Shown: positions 15,358 through 28,257 of the stretch, piece after piece
Position numbering within the stretch: position 1 is the stretch's first letter
Layout of the letters: each line of letters starts with the position of its first letter
From: Mobula hypostoma
Lineage: Eukaryota
DNA: 64,000 nucleotides
NCBI RefSeq assembly: GCF_963921235.1
Contig: NC_086097.1
Coordinates: 237,462,001-237,526,000 of the forward strand
Direction of reading: 5' to 3'
Translations under genes and position numbers: made by a program
The notes under the pieces: model-generated
Databases searched by the model: none
What the model was told of the DNA's origin: nothing
Seen by the model: the letters and a program-made list of their open reading frames with translations, nothing else

Positions 15358-15655
15358 CTACAAGTGGCGATTGATAAGTTCATGGCCTAAGGTAAAAGGA
15401 GTTAATTTTAGAAAACCTAGCACATGTATTTTTCAACATAGTCCCCTCCTACATTTACACACTTAGTCCAGCAGTTGTGGAGCATATGGATTTTGGACTT
15501 CCAGAAAGTGTCCACAGCAGGGATGATTGATAAGTTTGTGGCCTAAGGTAGAAGGAGATGAGTTATTAACCAAACTTTCTGCATAATCACTCATAGCATT
15601 GAACTGCATGTCCATGTAATGAGAGCTGTATAACTCTTCTCCTTCTTGTATTAGG
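15358..15655. mobile_element. Probable mariner-type non-autonomous element
   Basis: gattgataagtt..tggcctaaggta.aaggag occurs twice (about 15369 and 15525), with a partial inverted copy (taactcttctccttct) near 15630. Confidence 0.5.
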
Positions 15656-17030
15656 AATCGAAAGACCAGACATGAAACAATATCATAAAGTGATATTTGT
15701 TATACTGTATATAACAGATGGAAAGCTAGAATTAGCTATTTAAAAAAGATGCCGAATATGTGATGAACTTCCAATCATTTATTCAACATTATACGCTTCA
15801 AGTCGCCAGAGGATCTTCTGAACTGTAATTAATGAATGAACCAGAGGGAATTATTTTCAGTAATGCCCTGAATCAACTTCCTAGAACTACTGCAATATGC
15901 AAAGCATGGCTGAAAGACAGCAGAAGGCAAATTAAGACTTCATGTTTTTATAGAAATGACAGAGGTTTAATTAGTTTCTCAACTGTTTTGCAAGGCATGC
16001 AAACAGTTACCTGTTCACTTGGTCCTTATGCACTTAATCTTTCAACACAACATTTTGGAATACATTTTTAAAAATGTTCTAGTGATCACCAAAGGAAAGG
16101 GAGAAGATGAAAGTTGATGACTTGTGTAGAAGGAGTGCATTCCAATTGATTAATAATGAGACAACACATCAGAAGATCCAGGAAATGCAAAGCAGGGTGA
16201 AGCTAAGGGAATTCAGCAATGCATGAATGGTCACTTATGAGATAGATAATAGAAATGTGGAGAGGATGTTTCCTGTAATGGGAGAGTCTAGGACCAAAGG
16301 GCACAGCTTCAAAATAGAGGGACGTCCATTTAGAGCAGGGATGAAGAGGAAATTCCTTATCCAGAGGATGGTGAATCTGTGGAATTCATTGCCACAGAGA
16401 GCTGTGGAGGTCAATAATATTGGGTATGTTTAAAGCAGAGATTGATATTTTCTTAATTAGTAAGGGCATCAAAGGTTACAGGGCGAAGGCAGGTGAGTGG
16501 CATTGAAAGGGATAGTAAGTCAGCCACAATGGAATGGCAGAGAAGTGGGCCAAATGGCCTAATTCCTCTCCTATGACTTATGGTCGATATGCAAGCTTCA
16601 TTCATTTTCTCAATTTATTACCAGTACATGTAGGTATCAACAGTATATGCTTAGTCAAGAAGAGATTGTGCTAACCTATAAAGAAAGAACTGAGGCTGGT
16701 CCTCCTTCAGGTAAAAGTAGTTGCTTTCTTCAATGGTGAATTTTATGAACCATACTAGTTTAAACCCACTGACTGTATACTTTGTTCATCTTTGAAACAA
16801 CAATTAGATAATTGCTGTTCAGGTTAGGAAAGAAAGGCCTTTATTGTTCATGGGACATTTATACCACAGGCAAGAGCAGCATTTACTGCTCATTGTAGAT
16901 CACATGAATGGACTCTCCTATGGCTTTTCAAGGCAGTTAAGAGGAAAACATATTGGCTTAACTCTGAGATCACATTTTGCCAAAATGGGTGAACAAGCAT
17001 ATTTCTCACAGAACATTTGTGGGCAAGACG

Positions 17031-17253
17031 CAGGGGTTCCCAACCTGGGTTCATAGAAACATAGAAGCATAGAAAACACACAGAACAATACAGGCCCTTC
17101 GTCTCACAACGCTGTGCCGAACATGTCCCTACCTTAGAACTACCGAGGATTTACCCATAGCCCTCTATTTTTCTAAGCTCCATGTAGCCATCCAGGAGTC
17201 TCTGGTTAATGGTAGGGGTGTATGGCATAAAAAAAACAGGTTGCAAACTCCTG
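17031..17253. mobile_element. hAT-type MITE with 8-bp TSD, containing a CR1 tail insertion
   Basis: Ends caggggttcccaacct / aggttgcaaactcctg; TSD gcaagacg (17023-17030) and gcaagatg (17254-17261); internal (catagaaa)n CR1 tail. Confidence 0.75.
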
Positions 17254-17719
17254 GCAAGATGTACTTCCAGAAAAATTTTGATCATCATCAATATTGCTGG
17301 TTTTGTATTTCAGATTTAGTTAATTAAAAAAATTTAAATTTCCCATCTGTTAATTTATTGATTATGGTTATCTAATCATAGTTTTGTATACACTCAGTGG
17401 CCACTGAATGTACGTCCATGGTCTTCTGTTGCTGTAGCCCATCCATTTCAAGGTTTCATGTGAAATACCTCGGAGATGTGTGCATAGCCCTCTGCTCTAA
17501 TCTCTCTACACTCATGACTGTGTGGCTAGGCACAGCTCAAATGCCATCTATGAATTTGCTGATGACAAAACCATTGTTGGCAGAATTTCAGACAGTGACG
17601 AGGGGGCGTACGGGAATGAGATACATCAGTTACTTTAGTGGTGTCAGAGCAACAACCTTGTACCCAACATCAGTAAGACCAAAGAACTGACTGCGGACTT
17701 CAGAACGGGTAAGTATACT

Positions 17720-19175
17720 GGGTACACAGGTCCAAGTACACAGTTCGTAGTGCAATAAATAAGATGAAGAAAGGAAAGGCAGCAGGTCCTGATGAATTAG
17801 TAATAGAACAAATTATCGCCCTTGAAGATTATGGAATTGGAAAACATTGATTTAATCAATGACATTTATGAGACTGGAATAATACCAGAAGAGATGAAAA
17901 AATCAGTATTTATCACTCTTCGTAAGATACTTCTAAGAATTTTGATGACAAGAGCTAAAAGTAAGATACAAGCTGAAACAGGTAAAGAACAATGTGGTTT
18001 TGTGAAAGATGAAGGTACAAGAAATGTGATATTGATGTTAAGGATACTATCAGAAGGAGGTATTCAACTGCCAAAAGATTTGTTTGTTTTATCGACTACA
18101 CAAAAGCATTTGATAAAGTGAAGCACAATAAGTTATTCAAAATATTACAGGAAACTCTAGATCTAGATTTGACAGACCTGTGCCTAATCAGAAATCTGTA
18201 CTGGGAACAAACTGCCACTGTCAGAATAGATGGAGAAATGCGTCAGTTTACAAAAATCAAGAGAGGCGTTAGACAAGGGGGTGTTTTCTCCCCTGATTAG
18301 TTTAATGTGTACAGTGAAACAATATTACAAAAAATAAGAGACATCTTGGGAATCAAAGTTGGCGGTGAAATCATTAATAATTTTAGATATGCGGATGACA
18401 CTGTGTTAATTGCAAGTATGGAGGAAGAACTACAAAAGTTAATTGATACAGTTGTTGAAGAAAGTGCAAAAATGGGTCTATCTATCAATTGCAAAAAGAC
18501 AGAATGTATGGTGATATCGAAAAAGAAGGAGAATCCTATCTGCAGGCTGAGAATAAACGGGGAAGTCATAAAACAAGTACAGAACTTTTGCTGCTTAGGA
18601 AGCTGGGTGACATCAGATGGCAGGTGTGACATGGACATCAAAAAAGAATAGGGATGCCAAAAGTCACCTTTACGAGAATGAAGAATATACTGACCAACAC
18701 AAAATTAGGCATGATAATCGGCCTCCGAACACTGAAATGTTACATTTATCCAGTTATGTTATATGGCTCAGAATGTTGGACAATATCTAGTAACATGAGG
18801 AAATGAACTGAAGCAGCAAAGATATGTTTTTTGAGGCGGATGCAAAGGATATCATGGACGAAACAAAAATCTAATGAGGATGTCATGAACAGAGCAAACA
18901 CAAAAAGTGAAATAATGTATGAGATCATGAAAAGGCAATGTGACTACATTGGACATGTGATTAGGAAAGAGGAGTTAGAATGCACGGTAATTATGGGAAA
19001 GATTGAGGGGAAGAAAGAAAGAGGAAAGCAAAGATAAATGATGATGGAGTCAGCAGCCAGAGAACTGGAAATGAATGCCAATGAATTGATCCACTTGACC
19101 TGAAACAGGAGAGTGTGGGCCATGGCAATCAAAGCTCAATCTGGGCATGGCACCTGATGATGATGATGATGATGA
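17720..19175 (+). mobile_element. 5'-truncated, degraded RTE-clade LINE
   Basis: EQCGF, IKRGVRQG, INNFRYADDTVLIA RT motifs with stops and frameshifts; (tga)n tail; possible gtatact TSD at 17713 and 19177. Confidence 0.9.
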
Positions 19176-19289
19176 CGTATACTTACTGTAATTCAGTTTT
19201 TTTTTCTACATTATCATGTATTGCGTTGTACTGCTGCCACAACAAATTTCACGACATATGCTGATCATTAAACCTGATTCTGATTCTGA

Positions 19290-19735
19290 GATGGTCTTCT
19301 GCACATCACTATTGTAACATGTGGTTATTTGAATTATTGTTGCCTTCCTGTCAACTTGAACCAGTCTTGCAATTCACCTCCGACCTCTCTCATTAAAAAA
19401 GCATATTTGTCCACAAAATTGCTGCTCACTGGATGCTATTTTTTGTTTTTTCATATCATTCTTTGTAAACTCTAGACACTGTTGTGCAAAAAGAAAACCC
19501 AGGAGATCAGCAGTTACTGAGATCCTCAAACTACCCAGTCAGGCACCAACAATCATTCCATGGTCAAAATCACTTAGCTCACATTTATATCCCATTCTGA
19601 TGTTTGGTCTGAACAACAACTAAGCCTCTTGACCATGACTTTATTGCTTAATGCATTGAGTTTCTGCCACATGATGGCTGATTAGATATTTGCAATAATG
19701 AGCATGTGTACAGTTGTACCTAATAAAGTGAGTGT
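19290..19735 (-). mobile_element. Tc1-like element (same family as 7019); other end at about 17389-17460
   Basis: Reverse complement of the 7019 element; ends ...cctaataaagtg. Confidence 0.75.
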
Positions 19736-21820
19736 CTATGTTCTACAATTATGAATAACTGAATTTACATTGTACTGTTGCTCTGATTTGGAACAAAAAC
19801 ATGTCCAAGATCAGCACACAAAAAAAATTCTGGAGGAACTCAGCAAGTCAGGCAGCATATATGGAGAAGAATAAGCAGTTGACGTTTCAGGCCCCAGATC
19901 TCTTGTCCAGACCTTGAGATTTGTCACTGCATGATCAACAAAGCAATAAAAAATTTTATTTTATGAGAATGGTACTTTAATTGAAAGTTGTGTATAACCT
20001 GCAATGGAGGTCTCAATGTGCTATCTCAATCGTCATCGGATAAAATCGAGTTGATCCAATCAACTTCCTGGATTCACTGCTGAGTTTCCCCAGACCAGCC
20101 CTCAACTTTCTTAGATAAAGGGCCCAAAACTACTCACAACACTCCAAGTGAGGCCTCACCAGTGCCTTATAGAGCCTCAACATTCACCATTGCTTTTATA
20201 TTCTAGTCCTCTCTAAATGAATGTTAATATTGCATTTGGCTTCCTCACCACAGACTCAACCTGCAAATTAACCTTTAGGGAATCCTGCACAAGGAATCCC
20301 AAGTCCCTATGCACGTCAGATTTTTGAATTTTCTCTCCACTTAGAAAATAGTCTATGCTCCTATTTCTCCTACCAAAGTGCATGACCGTATACTTCCTAA
20401 GACTGTAGTTAAATCATAGCAAGAGGCTTTACTGGGATAATGAGTGGATGCATTTCAGATGCAGACTTCGATTCATTTACTTATCACATGTACGTTAAAA
20501 CAAACAGTGAAATGTGTCATTTCTGTTAACAAACAACAAAACCTACCAATATGGTGGGGGCTGTCTGCCAAGTGTCGCCACACATTCCACTGCCAACACA
20601 GCATGCCCAGATTTAGCAGAACAACACAACCAACAGTACCAATAACAACTGAACAACACAATAACAACAAAAACAAGCCCCTTTCCTCCCCTCCAGTCAT
20701 TCAATCCCAGGACAGGCTGTCTCCATGCCTCCAGCCTCCAGTGGACTCAGGGCTTGCAGACGTCAGGCCTCTGACTTCCCCAGTGGGCTCGCAGACTCAT
20801 CGACCCAGATCTTCTGGACTTGCAATCCTCCTTTGGGCTTCAATTTTTGGTATCGACGCCAGGACACACCAATATTTGGATCTCTAACTCCAGGTTTTGA
20901 ACTCTTCTCTCGCTGATGATTAGCCCTTGAATTCCAGGCCTCAAACACCGGAATTACCAACTTGCATATCGAGGGGATTACTGGCCCTGGTGCCTCCTGC
21001 CCACACAGACCTGCAATTATTTTATGCTTTTCCAGTTGTTGCAGCACTGTAATCTTGGACACTGGCAACAGGATTGAAATGGGATTTCGCCATAACCCCA
21101 GTAACCTGTCCTCAGTGAATCTGGCATCTTTCTCCTGAGATCTCCTGTTTTGAATTCAGGATCAATTTCTGCAGACTCCACATTCATGTATCAGAGATCA
21201 TTGTCATTCATTTCAACAGACCCACGGCATACCAAGGATAAAGGGCAGAAGGCAGGAGAATTGGGCTGACAGTAAAATTTAATCAGCAATGATCAACTGG
21301 CGGAGAAGGCTCGATGGGCTGAACGGTTTAATTCTGCTCCAACATCTTATAGTCTTATGGTAAAGAAGCCACATAGAATGAAAGAGTTGTGTAAAAGACT
21401 GATGCTGAGGAGCTATCTTGTATATAACAGCCATATAAAGCAGCTACTCTTCCTCCTTCCTTATAACAGTAGTAATCTATAATAGACACCGGGACTAATG
21501 ATCTGGGGGCAAGAGTTCAAACATATTTCAATGAATGTAAAGCTGTTTGGAACAACCTGAGGGCCGTGAGAGGTGCCATATAAATGCCAGTTTTATTTTG
21601 ATCTGGCAGAGAAATCTTAGGCCTCAAGGGGTTGAAATAACCCATCACTCCATATCCCTGCTGATGGTTATCAAGGTCAGAATCATAGAGATCTCCCAGT
21701 CTTCCCTTCAAACTGACCACCATCCTAGCAACGTGTTTTGACTGTTTGTCAACTATGTCAAATTATAGGCTGTTGAGCCTGATATCAGTTGTGGGAACAT
21801 TATTGGAAGGTATTGTAAGG

Positions 21821-21954
21821 CAGTGGTCCCCAACCTCCGGGCCGCAGACCGGCTTTTTTCTTAAAGATGTGCTGGGTGCGTTCCGGCTACCGCTACACCC
21901 CTGCCTGCTTCGCGTACCGGTATCGGTCCGCGGCACGGAGGTTCAGGACCACTG
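21821..21954. mobile_element. 134-bp hAT-type MITE
   Basis: TIRs cagtggtccccaacct / aggttcaggaccactg; perfect 8-bp TSD ttgtaagg (21813-21820, 21955-21962); CpG-rich. Confidence 0.92.
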
Positions 21955-22665
21955 TTGTAAGGGACTCGATTTATTAGTATTTGGATAGACATGGACTGAT
22001 TAAGGATAGTCAGCATGGCTTTGTGCATGGTAGGTCATGTCTAACCAATCTTAAAGAGTTTTTTGAGGAAGTTACCAAGAAATTGGATGAAGGTAAGTAA
22101 TGGGTGTTGTTTTAAAGGACTTTAGCAAAGCATTTGACAAGGTTCACTTGGGAGGCTGGTTAAGAAGGTTCTGTCACTTGGCATTCAAGATAAGGTAGTA
22201 AATTGGATTAGACATTGGCTTTGTGGGAGAAGCCAGAGAGTGGTAGTGGATGGTTACCTCTCTGACTGGAGAACTATGACTAGTGGTGTGCTGCACGGAT
22301 CGGTGCTGGGTCCATTGTTTTTTGTCATCTATATCGATGATCCAGATAATAATGTGGTTAACTGGATCAGCAGGTCTGTGCTGGAAAAAATGGACTGAAA
22401 AATGGCAGGTGACATTTAATGCAGACTAGTGTGAGATACTGCACTTTGGGGGGCCAAATCACTTTGGAAGGCTTCCATGGAGAGCAGTAGGGCACAGAGG
22501 AGTGTAATAGAACAAAGGGATCTGGGAATATAGATCCATAATTCATTGAAAGTGGTGACACAGGTAGATAGGTTCATAAAGAGCTTTTGGCACATTGGTG
22601 TTTATAAATCCAAGTATTGAGTATAGAGTTAAATGTTATGTTGGAGTTGTATCCAACATAACATT

Positions 22666-23218
22666 TATTGTGTGCAGTTTTGGTCCCCTAATCTGAGGAA
22701 AGACATCCTTGCCATAGAGGGAGTACAAAGAAGGTTCACCAGATTGATTCCTGGGATGGCAGGACTTTCATATGAAGAAAGACTGGATGAACTGGGCTTA
22801 TACGTTGGAATTAAGAAGACTGAGGGGAGATTTTATTGAAATGTATAAAATCCTAAAAGGATTGGACAGGCTAGATGCAGGAAGATTGTTTCCGATGTTG
22901 GGGAAGTCCAGAACGAGGGGTCACAGTTTGAGGATAAAGGGGAAGCCTTTTAGGACCGAGATTAGGAAAAACTTCTTCACACAGAGAGTGGTGAATCTGT
23001 GGAATTCTCTGCCACAGGAAACAGTTGAGGCCAGTTCATTGGCTATATTTAAGAGGGAGTTAGATATGTCCCTTTTGGCTAAAGGGATCAGGGGGTATGG
23101 AGGGAAGGCTGCTACAGGGTTCTGAGTTGGATGATCAGCCATGATCATACTGAGTGGCGGTGCAGGCTTGAAGGGCCGAATGGCCTACTCCTGCACCTAT
23201 TTTCTATGTTTCTATGTA
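22666..23218 (+). mobile_element. Young CR1 3' fragment nested in an older CR1
   Basis: Close match to 59866-60417; ends ttctatgtttctatgt. Confidence 0.9.
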
Positions 23219-24542
23219 TCAGACGGTGGTGAGGACTAACTTGCAGGAGTGTGCACAGTTCTAGTCACTAATCTACAGGAAAGATATCAACAAGACTGAA
23301 AGAGCGCAGAGAAAATTTACCAGATTGTTATCAGGACTTAAGGACCTGAGTCTTGGGGAAATATTGAATAGATTAGGACTTTATTCCAGAGAATACAGGA
23401 GAATGAAGGGAGATTTTATGAGGGGTATAGATAGCATAAATACAAGCAGACTTTTTCTACAGAGGTTAGGTGAGAAAGGAATGAAAGATCATGGGTTAAG
23501 GCTGAAAGGTCATACACAGACAGATGTTTACAGTTACTGTTCTATAGATTTGCTAAGTATGCCCAAAGAAAAGAGAATCTCAGGGTTGTATGTGATGGCG
23601 TGCATGTACTCTAATAATAAATTTTACTTTGAACTTTGAAAGCTGAGCTGTTTAGGGGGAACTTCTTCACTCAAAGTTTGTTGAGAGTGTGAATGAGTAG
23701 TCAGTGGAAGTGGTGGATATGGGCTCAATTTCAACATTTAAAAGAAATTTGGACAGGTGCAGTACATGGATGAGAGGAATATGGAGGTCCATAGTCCAGA
23801 TGGAGGCTGATAAACTAGGCAGCATAATAGTTTAGTATAGACTAGATGAGCCGAAGGGCTCTTTTTCTGTGCTGTGGTGATCTATGACTCTGACTTAATG
23901 TCTCTATTATTTTATGCAGCTGCCATTTCTGTTTTCAGCTGCATTCTGCTTACTTTCCATATGTTTCCATTTGGAAATTGTTGAACTCAACTTTGGGGTC
24001 TTTGAGGCCTCAAGAAGATGTCATCCATTATTAAGGACCCTTACCATCTAGCATATGCCATCATTACCAACATCAGCGAGGAGATCGAGGAATCTGAAGA
24101 CTCACACTCAATCACAAACAAGAGTAAATCTGCAGATGCTAGAAGCACAAATTTCACAAGAATTAAGATAATAAACCACATTCTGATTCTTCTCAATTTT
24201 CTTTGGATAGATTTTTTTGAACACGTCCCCAACCTTTGAGGCATTACAGATTACATTTATACAGCACAATTATAAATATTATTATTAAGATCACTTTTAA
24301 TCTTGCAATTTATGATACATTTAGCCTGCTACATCATGATGGGTCCAACTAAAATGTTCAATTTCACTGAAACTATAATTGTCATCTTAAAACTTCAGAC
24401 TCCAAAACAACATTGCTGTTTTTAGATCTGCAGAAATGAAGACAGAGTACAGTGGTCCACAGCAAGACAAATATAATCCTTTTCTGATGGTCTGCTTGTA
24501 AACTTCTTCAATTTTCCTGGTATAAAATAATAGTTACAACAT

Positions 24543-24941
24543 AAAATACATTTACAAAAATATGGAATATCCTCCTGAAATGTTCAGCAGAGTTGTTTCT
24601 CTTTTCTGCAGATAACAGTTACATTAATCAATAAGGAAGCCTCAAATGAAATGTCAGGATAATCTTCCAAGGCATCAGAGGTTGAACAGAGTCTGGCTTT
24701 AGCGTTAATCTTCTGATGTGTATTTGCTGCCTTCAGAATACCATCCCTTCAAAACAGCTGCTTCGAATCACTTCCCTTGTGTCCAATTTTGAACACCGTA
24801 GCTCAAGAAGTATTTTGATTCCGTTCTGAAGAAAAGAACAAGGTTCTGAAACTTAGGATGCTAAGCTCTAAGCAATGACTTCTACATTGAACGGATTTCC
24901 ATTAAAGATAGGAAAAATTGGGGGAGGGATTTCATTAAGGA
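24543..24941 (+). repeat. Local duplication, copy 1 (non-coding; 187-nt core at 24619-24805)
   Basis: Direct repeat of 28258-28657. Confidence 0.92.
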
Positions 24942-25073
24942 GAGCAAAATTAAGCTTTTAAAAAGCTGAAAAGCATGGATGTTGCAAATGTACAAGGCCT
25001 CTTGACAGTGACCACATCAAAATAAGAGAACCTATACACTCAATGGCTACTTTATTAGGTACCATTGTCGTCC

Positions 25074-25525
25074 ATGAGGCCTGACATGGTCAATCTGTCA
25101 GAAACCTCGAAGCAGGTGGTCATGGTAGAACTGACGGTTCCTTGAGGAGAGTGGATTGAGGAGGCATTTCAGCGTAAGGAAGCCAAACACCAGTGCCAGA
25201 GACAGGGGTGGAGCCTAAAGAGGAGGGGTGTAGAGGTTTTGCTGGCCGCTCACTGGGCAGAACCTACTCTCCCCTCGGCATTGTGTAGTCTGCAAAGAAA
25301 AAAGTGATCAGGACTGCCACAGAGGCTGCTGAGTGAGTCTCCAGATGGCTGTGGATCAAAAGGGGTGATCCATGGACCAATACTACTGGCCCGCAAGCCA
25401 GGGCCTGATCAACCTTGGCTGGGTCGCCTGGGAGAGAGTGACTGATTTTGAAACAGCTGGAAGACCTGATAACTCCAGGTTATATCACTGACAATGTGTC
25501 CCACACATCCTCTGATGTATCTTAG
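25074..25525 (+). mobile_element. 3' fragment of an RLE-type (HERO/R2-group) non-LTR retrotransposon
   Basis: Translates MRPDMVNLSETSKQVVMVELTVP*GEWIEEAFQRKEAK, the RPD...ELTVPWE...K restriction-like endonuclease motif with one stop. Confidence 0.75.
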
Positions 25526-25528
25526 GAT

Positions 25529-26280
25529 CAGTGGCCACCTTATTAGTGTCTTGCTGTACCTAATCAAGCAGCAACTGAATGTATGTCTGTGGTCTTCTGC
25601 TGCTATAGTCCATCCAACTCAAGGTTTGATCTGTTGTGCATTCAGTGATGCTCTTCTGCATATCACTGTTGTAACATGTGGTTATTTGAGTTATTGTCAC
25701 CTTTCTGTCAGCTTGAATCAGACTGGCCATTCTCCCCTGATCTCGCTCATTAACAAGGTGTTTTCACCCACAGAACTGTTGCACACTGGATGTTTTGTTT
25801 GTGTTTTCAACATCTTTTTCTGTGAACTCTACAGATGGTTTTGTGCGAAATTCTAGGAGATCAGCATTTTCTGAGAAACCACCTGGTCTGGCACCAACAA
25901 TCATTCCATGGTCAAACTCACTTAGATCACATTTCTTCTCCATTCTGAGGTTTGGTCTGAACAATAACTGAACTACTTGACTACGTCTGCAACAGGAATT
26001 CTGCAGGTGCTGGAAATTCAAGCAACACACATAAAAGTTGCTGGTGAACGCAGCAGGCCAGGCAGCATCTCTAGGAAGAGGTACAGTCAACGTTTCAGGC
26101 CGAGACCCTTCGTCAGGGTCTCCTGACCCTCCTGACGAAGGGTCTCGGCCTGAAACGTCGACTGCACCTCTTCCTAGAGATCCTACCTGGCCTGCTGCGT
26201 TCACCAGCAACTTTTATGTGTGTTGCTTGACTACGTCTGCATGCTCTTATGCATTGAGTCGCTGTCGCATATTTGGCTGA
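25529..26280 (-). mobile_element. Tc1-like element (third copy), interrupted by a fold-back insertion
   Basis: MEKKCDLSEFDHGMIVGARPGG remnant; same family as 7019. Confidence 0.78.
25992..26225. mobile_element. Young fold-back Penelope-derived insertion with 16-bp TSD and two hammerhead cores
   Basis: TSD cttgactacgtctgca at 25976-25991 and 26226-26241; ~100-bp inverted arms at 26018-26117 and 26131-26230; CTGACGA...GAAACGT on both strands. Confidence 0.92.
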
Positions 26281-26744
26281 AATGCCAACTGTTTACTCTT
26301 TTCCATAGATGCTGCTTGGCCTGCTGAGTTCCAAGACGAATGTAATCTTGTTGTTCTCTGATTGTTTTTGTGTTAAATTTTGTTTTTTTTTTCAATTTTC
26401 CTGGCGTAATGAAAACAATCGTGTTATAAATTGTGTCATTAGTCTCACAGCTTCTTCCCTCAGAGAGGCTAACACCCTGCCACCACTGAGGTCTTGTCAC
26501 TAGGACAGTGAGCTTTTCACTGTCCTGGACTGTTTAACTCTTCTTACCTGCTAATCACCTCCTCCTTCCCTTTCTCTTTTGGTCCACTCTCCTCTCCTGT
26601 CAGATTCCTTTCTCTCCAGCCCTTTACCTTTCCTACCCACCTGGCTTCACCTGTCACCTAGAGCTATCCTCCTTCCCCTCCCCAACCTTTTTATTCTTCC
26701 CCTTCCAGTCTTGAAGAAGAGTCTCAACTCAAAACACCAAATGT

Positions 26745-28005
26745 TTGACAAACTTACTGGAGTTCTTTGAGGATATTATGAGTGCAGTGGATAGAGGAGA
26801 ACAGGTGGATGTCGTATACTTGGATTTCCAGAAGGTGTTCGATAAGGTGCCGCACAAGAGTCTTATAAATGAGATACGGATGCATGGAATTGGAGGAAGT
26901 GTATTGGCATGGATAGTGGATTGGTTACCCAATAGAAGGCAGAGAGTTGGTATAAATGGGTGTTTTTCCAGTTGGCAGTCAGTGGTGCGTGGTGTGCCGC
27001 AGGAGATGGTGCTGGGCCTGCAGCTGTTTACCATCTACATTGATGATTTGGAAGAGGGGACTGAGTGTAGCATAGCAAAATTTGCTGATGACACTAAACT
27101 GAGTGGAAAAGCAAATTGTACAGAGGATGTGGAGAGTCTACAGAAGGATATAGATGGGTTAAGTGAGTCTGGCAGATGGAATGCCACGTTGGTAAATGCC
27201 AGATCATCCACTTTGGAAGGAATAATAGAAAAGCAGATTATTATTTAAATGGTGAAAAATTGCAGCATGCTGTTGTGCAGAGGGACTTGGGAGTGCTTGT
27301 TCATGAATCGCAAAAAGTTGGCTTGCAAGTGCGAGAGGTTATTAAGAAGGCAAACGGAATGTTGGCATTCATTGCTAGAGGGATTGAATTCAAGAGCAGG
27401 AAGGTCATGATGCAACTATACAGGGTACTGGTGAGGCTGTACCTGGAGTACTGTGTGCAGTTCTGGTCTCCATACTTGAGGAAGGATATACTGGCTTTGG
27501 AGGCAGTGCAGAGGAGGTTCACCAGGTTGATTCCAGAGATGAAGGGGTTAACCTATGAGGAGAGATTGAGTCACCTGGGACTATACTCTCTGGAATTCAG
27601 AAGAATGAGAGGGGATCTTATAGAAACATACAAAATTTTGAAAGGGATAGATAAGATAGAAGTAGGAAAGTTGTTTCCATTGGTAGGTGAGACTGGAACG
27701 AGGGGACAATGCCTCAAGATTCAGGGGACAAGATTTAGGACGGAGATGAGGAGAAACTGTTTTTCCCAGAGAGTTGTGAATTTGTGGAATTCTTTGCCCA
27801 GGGAAGCAGTTGAGGTTTCTTCACGAAGTATATTTAAGATACAGATAGATAGATTTTTACATAGTAGGGGAATTATGGGTTATAGGGAAAAGGCAGGTAG
27901 ATGGAGTTGAATTTATGGACAGATCAGCCATGATCTTATTGAATGATGGAGCAGGCTCGATGGGCCGGATGGCCTCCTCCTGCTCCTATTTCTTATGTTC
28001 TTATG
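26745..28005 (+). mobile_element. CR1 LINE, 5'-truncated, frameshifted RT
   Basis: YLDFQKVFDKVPH, GVPQ, KFADDTKL, LEYCVQFWSP motifs; (ttcttatg)n tail. Confidence 0.92.
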
Positions 28006-28257
28006 TTTACTCATTTCCATTAATTCTGTTTGCCTTGCTGAGTTTCTCCAGCATTTTGTGTGTGCTACTGTTTACCTGTGCTGCACTTCACTTCATGCAT
28101 TTTGAAGAATAGTTCATTAATTTGTGTATACTACAGTATTCATAATATTTTGGTCTATATGCTGTCTGTGATACACTGTGTGGGTGCACTGCTGTCTGGA
28201 GGAACATTGTTTCATTTAGCTGTATATATGCACAGTCAGATGACAAAAACTTGAACT

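Larger units (their letters stand above)
21755..23890 (+). mobile_element. Old degraded CR1 LINE hosting nested insertions
   Basis: NYR..SL.SVVG, SQHGF..GRSCLTNL and DFSKAFDKV remnants; 3' UTR ...tgtgctgt..tctatgactct. Confidence 0.8.

Noticed and set aside
24590..24665. Plus-strand coding exon after the strong acceptor-like tttctcttttctgcag
   Set aside because: All three frames reach a stop within about 50 nt in copy 1; kept only as a non-coding candidate.
25764..26280. Two opposite-strand ORFs both starting MLVNAAGQ (also at 33496-33765)
   Set aside because: Artefact of the palindromic Penelope-derived repeat; no protein-like features.
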